Positions 60,448 to 64,000 of a DNA stretch of 64,000 nucleotides are shown here, piece by piece; within the stretch, counting starts at the first letter, position 1; the number at the start of each line of letters is the position of its first letter. Below the pieces are notes generated by a model. It had not been told where the DNA came from, did not search any database, and was given only the letters and a program-made list of their open reading frames with translations. The position numbers were made by a program, and so were the translations under genes. This DNA comes from Trichoplax adhaerens (taxonomy: Eukaryota > Animalia > Placozoa): the NCBI RefSeq assembly GCF_000150275.1, contig NW_002060943.1, positions 6,158,008 through 6,222,007 of the forward strand, read 5' to 3'.

Positions 60448-63079
60448 ATGGCTACCGTGAACACCATACCATTAGATCCTCAATTCGTCAAGGCGTTAAA
60501 GCTACTTCATTCGAAAAATGAAAATGCAAAAGATCAACTCTTACAGCTCTATCAGGAGGTAGTCAATAATGCTAAAGCCATGGAATCACAGAAGGTAAGA
60601 AAAATTTTTTTTCCAATGCCGCGTTCGTGGTTTTGGCGAACCATTGTACCTAGCCACAGTACTTTATACTGTAAACGACGTACTGTACACTGTACACTTG
60701 ACATGCCGCTCCTATTCTTATGGCACTCTACTGTCTGATACATCCAGTTGCAATGATTAACTTTAACTGATTGAATGTAAACCACTAAAAAAGAGCTCAT
60801 TAGATTGCTATCAACTACGCAATCGCACACGATCAAACTATTTGTATAACATACGGTACTGTACATATATATATATATACAGTATTACAGCATATATACT
60901 ATATATATATATATATACGTAGTTATTATACTGTATACATACAGCATTATATTATACAGTATATACGCGTATATACAAAATTATAAAATACAAATTATAT
61001 GAATGGCATTGAGGTAAAACCAACTATGCCAATGTTGATGACAGCGACGTTTGAACTGATTTTTCCAATAAATATCAGAGTTATGCAATACCGAACTAGG
61101 GATTGAACACTTAAGAATGCATGTCGTACAAACATACGCATGTATTGGTGTTTAAAATTGAAAAAATGTTTAATGGACATTTCTGTAAAAGTGCATAATT
61201 AATAGCAAACATTGTATACAAGGGCCATACATGAGCACGACAGCATTAAGTACAAAATTGATTAAATAGAAAAGAACATTGATAGGCCATACGTATACAC
61301 GTACTATTGTGATACCGAGATCGATAAGAATCTTTGTACAATTATAAATAATTGACTCAAAATGCAGTAAGGAATGACAGCATATAAATGCAAAATATAG
61401 CTTCCAAAAATAGTGATAGTTTATTGATAAATTAATGGTTGCACCCGTCAGCACTTACTACTATGACGCCGAGACTCCTGTAAAAAGTCATTTTAAATGT
61501 ATATATACTCAATTTATTAATACAATTAGATAGTTGTTTTAGTTAGTAACAATAATAAGGTCAAAATTAAGCTAATGCCTTACACTCGTATGCCTTTGTA
61601 TCTATGTATTTCTGAAAGGACCGGAAAGTTACCGTTGCCGGAAGCAGGTATAGCGAACAAATGAAGAACAAGCCTATGATACGACCTTATGGGGGCGCAA
61701 AAACAACAGTAGCTCCTATCATTGGTAGAAAACCAACTATGCAAAGCATTTCCAATAATGATTCCAAATCGAAGGATATTACTATCCGTACTGATGACAA
61801 AAGCATGAAAGGAAAGAGTACAGTCCATATGGATTTAACTTGGGGATCATCTTGTTCTGTCTGCAAGTATGTTATAATAAATTAAAAAAATTATTTAAAG
61901 ACCTCAGCACACCATTGGCAACTTAATTTCTAGTCTAAAGTGAATAAATTGAATGCAGCTACTGCAGCACTAGCTTTCGATTGTAGATTTTAAGCACGAT
62001 TACTAAGCAGGCTGGGCGTTCACTGAAGTATACGGGTTGGTTAATTTGAGATAATTTCTACCTTCTAGAAAAGCAAACTCCAATCCTGGTAATCAGCTAG
62101 TCGAATGTGAAGAATGTCATACCAGATATCATCAGGTAATAAAGGAACGGGCTTGATTATGATAATTGAACAAATGATTATCTCTTAGTACAGTATAGCG
62201 TCGAGGCCCATTTTATAAGTTCCAAAGTAATTGTACACTTCGTTCGTAAAATGATGTGACAGATCGTTAGCTATCATGTGACTGGCACCACAAAAATTGA
62301 GGTAGATGTAGAATTAAATAACAATGTTTTTCGTAACTTTCAGAGTTGCCATAGTCCTCCTGTTGCTGACAAAGATGTTAGCGATTTAAGAGGTGTATGG
62401 TATTGCGTTTCCTGCTCGGAAAGGATGAAAGAAATGGTATGAAAATATTAACTGATATCTTCTTAATAGATAGTAATAGATAGTAAATGCTTAATTTCTT
62501 CTTATATCTTGATTTGATTATTCATACCACACGTGCTCCTAATATGTGTCAAGCACGATTCTCAATTAACAAGCTGATATTTATTTGATTTAGACAACTC
62601 GTCAAATATCCACCGAGAATAAACAAGTACCCAATCAAGGATCTAGAATCTCAATTGCAGTCCAACGACCTTCTCACAAGGGAACATTAAGCTTTGAAGC
62701 TAAAGTCTGTACTTATATTACAGATTGTGTAAAAATTGTATGAGATAATAGTATTTATCGCAACTATCACTCTGTTCTTAGATAAGCGAATTTTTATCAA
62801 GTCAGTCATCCAATAGTGGTGCTAATAAGGGCTCTACGGGTAAACTCGTTAAACATACCGAAAAAAATTTCGTAGATAAATTTATTTTCAAATTATTTTA
62901 TATGAATGCGAACTAATTATAATTATAAATATCTAGGATCGACTCTCAGTCAGATGAGACCTACCACCACTACGAGCGCTATTGCCAGTAGGCTAAATTC
63001 AGCCTTAGCTACACAAGCTTCGATCAAACCGCCTAAAATCCAGTTACTTAAGAAACCAAATCCAAGCAATAATAACTGA
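60448..63079 (+). CDS. INTS12: Integrator complex subunit 12 (PHD finger); ~7 exons
   Basis: N-terminal microdomain MATVNTIPLDPQFVKALKLLHSK. PHD finger CSVCK...GNQLVECEECHTRYHQ|SCHSPPV...DLRGVWYCVSC. Ser/Thr-rich tail ending at TGA 63077-63079. Confidence 0.94.
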
Positions 63080-64000
63080 TAGAATGTGAATCATCTTTTA
63101 TCTATGTCTAACAAATTAATAAGAAATATTATAAATTTTATATCGTGACATTATCGTTCAATTTATAAAACTGTAAAGTATATTTGATGAATTTATGTTC
63201 AATAATCTCATTCTCATTGTATTATTTCACAATTCTGAATTGCTGTACGGTATAATATGTTTAACTTCGCATTATTATCCCCAAGAAATTTTATAACTTT
63301 ATTACAGCATTAAATGTGTGCTGTTCGAGTCAAATTAATTCATGCAATTCGACGTAATGTCTATCCTGTAAATTTTTAAAATTGTGCTAATAATTGTGAT
63401 TCTGTGATTCTGGTGCTATTAATGCGTGAAATGATCTTTCTCGACCCTTACGAAAAATTAATTGATATACTGTACACGTATATACAGTATGTATTTATGT
63501 AATGTAAATAAAAAAACTTCGGCTACTCTCATATTGTGCAGTTGTGGAATTTTTTTCCTGAAAGTACACGTACTCTGCCCTCATATCGCCTTTGGTCTAT
63601 TAAGGGGTAAAGAGAAAATTACATGATGCTGTATAACTTGCCTATCTTCCAATACTGTACGTTCTAAATATATCTACCATTTCTTGTCCGATTTTTACTC
63701 CCTTAGTTCGTTGGATAATTAGTAAAACTTCATTTATATTGATTAGCATATGATGTGATGACAACTAAATATTTTTACCAAGTATACGCGGATAAATTAT
63801 TTCCAACACATCAACAGTATCTAATAAAGGCCTTACAAAAAAGAAATAATTTGTCGTAAAATAGGTATATTGCAGAATTTGTAACTACGAAGGAATATTT
63901 GGTAATAGCAACATGTCTGTATGTAGTCAGAGTATTTATTGCATTTCAGCATTACTTATATTTGATCTTAAAAATCTTTTAAATTGAGCGATACCGATTT

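Overview
This is AT-rich, gene-dense eukaryotic DNA with many ~90-150 bp GT-AG introns and a metazoan gene set. The style fits a placozoan such as Trichoplax, which is inference only. Because genes are spliced, the six-frame ORF track mostly shows exon fragments, so I assembled genes by hand from splice sites and recognisable protein motifs. In order: MYRF (-), DDB1 (+), a small unrecognised secreted-type gene (-), a lamin-tail-domain gene LMNTD1/2-like (+), BICRA/GLTSCR1 (-), NUP210 (+), APH-1 (+), NUDT7 (-), FAM32A (+), FBXO30/40 (+), ACP1 (-), INTS12 (+). Five pairs are head-to-head. The strongest unexplained signal is a palindromic TACAG/CTGTA (GTAC-centred) sequence grammar concentrated at gene 5' ends. 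Between BICRA and NUP210 it expands into three consecutive hairpins plus a 90-bp tandem array. Other notable items are a micro-exon that switches the small secreted gene between a clean 65-aa frame and an EGF-like Cys frame with in-frame TGAs, a decayed foldback element, a GC-AG intron in DDB1, and loss of a conserved His in APH-1. Exon boundaries are manual predictions.
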